Source of the DNA: Camelus ferus
Taxonomy: Eukaryota
Direction of reading: 5' to 3'
NCBI RefSeq assembly: GCF_009834535.1
Contig: NC_045697.1
Span: 43,712,001-43,776,000, forward strand
Length of the DNA: 64,000 bases
The notes beneath the pieces were generated by a model. That model had not been told where the DNA came from. It did not search any database and saw only the letters and a program-made list of their open reading frames with translations. Both the position numbers and the translations under genes were made by a program. This document shows positions 62,381-64,000 of this stretch, in pieces; within the stretch, counting starts at the first letter, position 1; each line of letters starts with the position of its first letter.

Positions 62381-63169
62381 GAGACGTATGCAGATCTTTT
62401 ACAGAAGAGAATGCAGTTCATAAACTAAAGTACCCAAAGCCAGAATGGAAATTCTTATGAAAGAGATGACATTTGAGTTGGGTCCTTAAAAAATGAAGAA
62501 TTGCTGACACCCAATGAGCTTGTAATCATTATTTCGAGTTGGTCTGCTTGTTTTTAGAGAAAAACACTTCATCTGTTGCCAAAAATGAGTAAATCTGAAA
62601 CCCCAAACTTAAAGTTGTAGTTTTTTTTATCAGTGAAATAAGCACAAGCAATAAACTAATTGAAGCCTTCTTCAAACAGGAATGTGTGTCAGACGCAACC
62701 TCAAAGCTGTCTGTATTGCTTTGATAGGGTTCTGTGGCGAGCTAATCTTAGGGGAACAGATGACAAAGCAGATTAGGTGCATTGAATCTATTTGCATCTG
62801 TTGCTGAAGCGCTTTTGCCGTGGTCAGCCCCGTCTCACAGGGATGGATACGGTGCACAGCCATGCAAGGGCATCCTGACTCCCTTGTTTGCCCTTGAAAG
62901 CTGCAGAGGTGGGAAAACCAAAACCACGCTTTGCTTCCCAGACTGCCTTGCAGCGAGGGTCCTAGACATGAAGCAGAAGACACCATAAGACGCAGGCACA
63001 CCTCTGGAGCTCCTTACTACCTGCGTGACCCGGAGGTGCTTACTCTCTCTCTCTCTTTTGTGACAGGTTTAGGATCAATTTTTATTATATTCATAAATAT
63101 AAATGGGATAGACTGAAAACTGCCAGATTGTCTTTTTTAATGCAGTTGTAATTATTTATTAGAGACTTA

Positions 63170-63365
63170 AAAAAATTTTTTAAGTGAAGTTGATTTGCAA
63201 TGTTAGTTTCAGGTGTACAGTAAAGTGACTCAGTTATACATATACAGAAATATACATTTTTTTGTTTTCAGATTCTTTTCCATTATATGTTATGACAGGA
63301 ACTTGAACATAGTTTCCTGTGCTACACAGTAGGTCCTTGTTATTTATCTATTTTATACATGGTAA
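63170..63365 (-). mobile_element. L1 3' end fragment
   Basis: gttagtttcaggtgtacagtaaagtgactcagttatacat...tttcctgtgctacacagtaggtccttg. Confidence 0.8.
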
Positions 63366-64000
63366 TGATTCTTGCGCTCTCTTTACCTCCTGTTCCTTGT
63401 CTGTAAAACAAGAAATAATGATAGCATCTACCTCATAGGGTTGTTATGAGAACGAAGTGAGTTAAATTATATAAATTCCTTAGCCTGGCACATGGTTAGT
63501 TTCAATCGATGTTAGCTTAATTATAATCTTTGTTGTTGTTATTTCGCAGGCAGAAGCGAGGTGAAGGCCATCTTCCTGCTGTGAAGCTGTCTTCCTCTGG
63601 CAAGAACCGCCCAGGGGTTTTCTACAGCAGGTGGGCCTGTCCTGCAATACGTTTTTGAGACTCATAGCAGAGGCCCAGCCTAGTCCCTGCAGCAATTTCG
63701 TAAGTGCTTAATTATCTTTTCAGAAATCCCTTTCTGCATAGGATATGTGAAGTGGTATCTGTTTCCCACAACTGAATCCTGAGCGATCCACCCACGGGAG
63801 CCCTTTCAGTCTCCCATTGCCCATTTACAGTTGTGGAAATGAACAGGAAAACTGGCTTAGGAGAAGGCTGCACAGAGCTGTGTCAGTTGTGGCCAAGTCC
63901 AGCCTGGAACCCAGGTGTCCTGCTCAGGGCTTTTCTGTAGATAAGACTCAAGGAGGGTGGCCTGTCTAGACCTGATCAGCCAGCTGATCCTGGTGATCTC

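Noticed and set aside
48400..64000. Many 60-250 aa ORFs downstream of HELQ
   Set aside because: No recognisable domains and no consistent exon chain; many overlap LTR, L1, MIR or simple repeats.

Overview
Mammalian nuclear genomic DNA, most likely a camelid. This is inferred from tRNA-Ala-derived SINEs and cetartiodactyl-type L1 3' ends, with no recognisable Alu, BovB or PRE-1. The window holds the ABRAXAS1(FAM175A)-MRPS18C-HELQ cluster. The last 5 coding exons of ABRAXAS1 are on + (1596-7152, ending ...YSQSPTF). The complete 6-exon MRPS18C is on - (13783-9072, 143 aa). The complete 18-exon HELQ is on + (14190-48276, 1077 aa). MRPS18C and HELQ share a ~400 bp bidirectional CpG-island promoter. 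All called exons have GT-AG boundaries and join in frame. The rest is intronic or intergenic sequence with L1, SINE, MIR, L2, LTR and DNA-transposon fragments, and there is no credible gene after ~48.4 kb. I found no wholly new biological system. The best leads are a diverged in-frame 12-aa tandem duplication in HELQ exon 12, a triplicated 145-bp intronic unit in ABRAXAS1 holding a candidate poison exon, a non-coding counterpart of the human HELQ exon-1 extension, a Gly-to-Arg change in the HELQ Q-motif region, an SQ motif next to the ABRAXAS1 SPTF, and a candidate L1 3' transduction. Comparisons with human proteins are from memory and need alignment. Repeat family names and boundaries are approximate.
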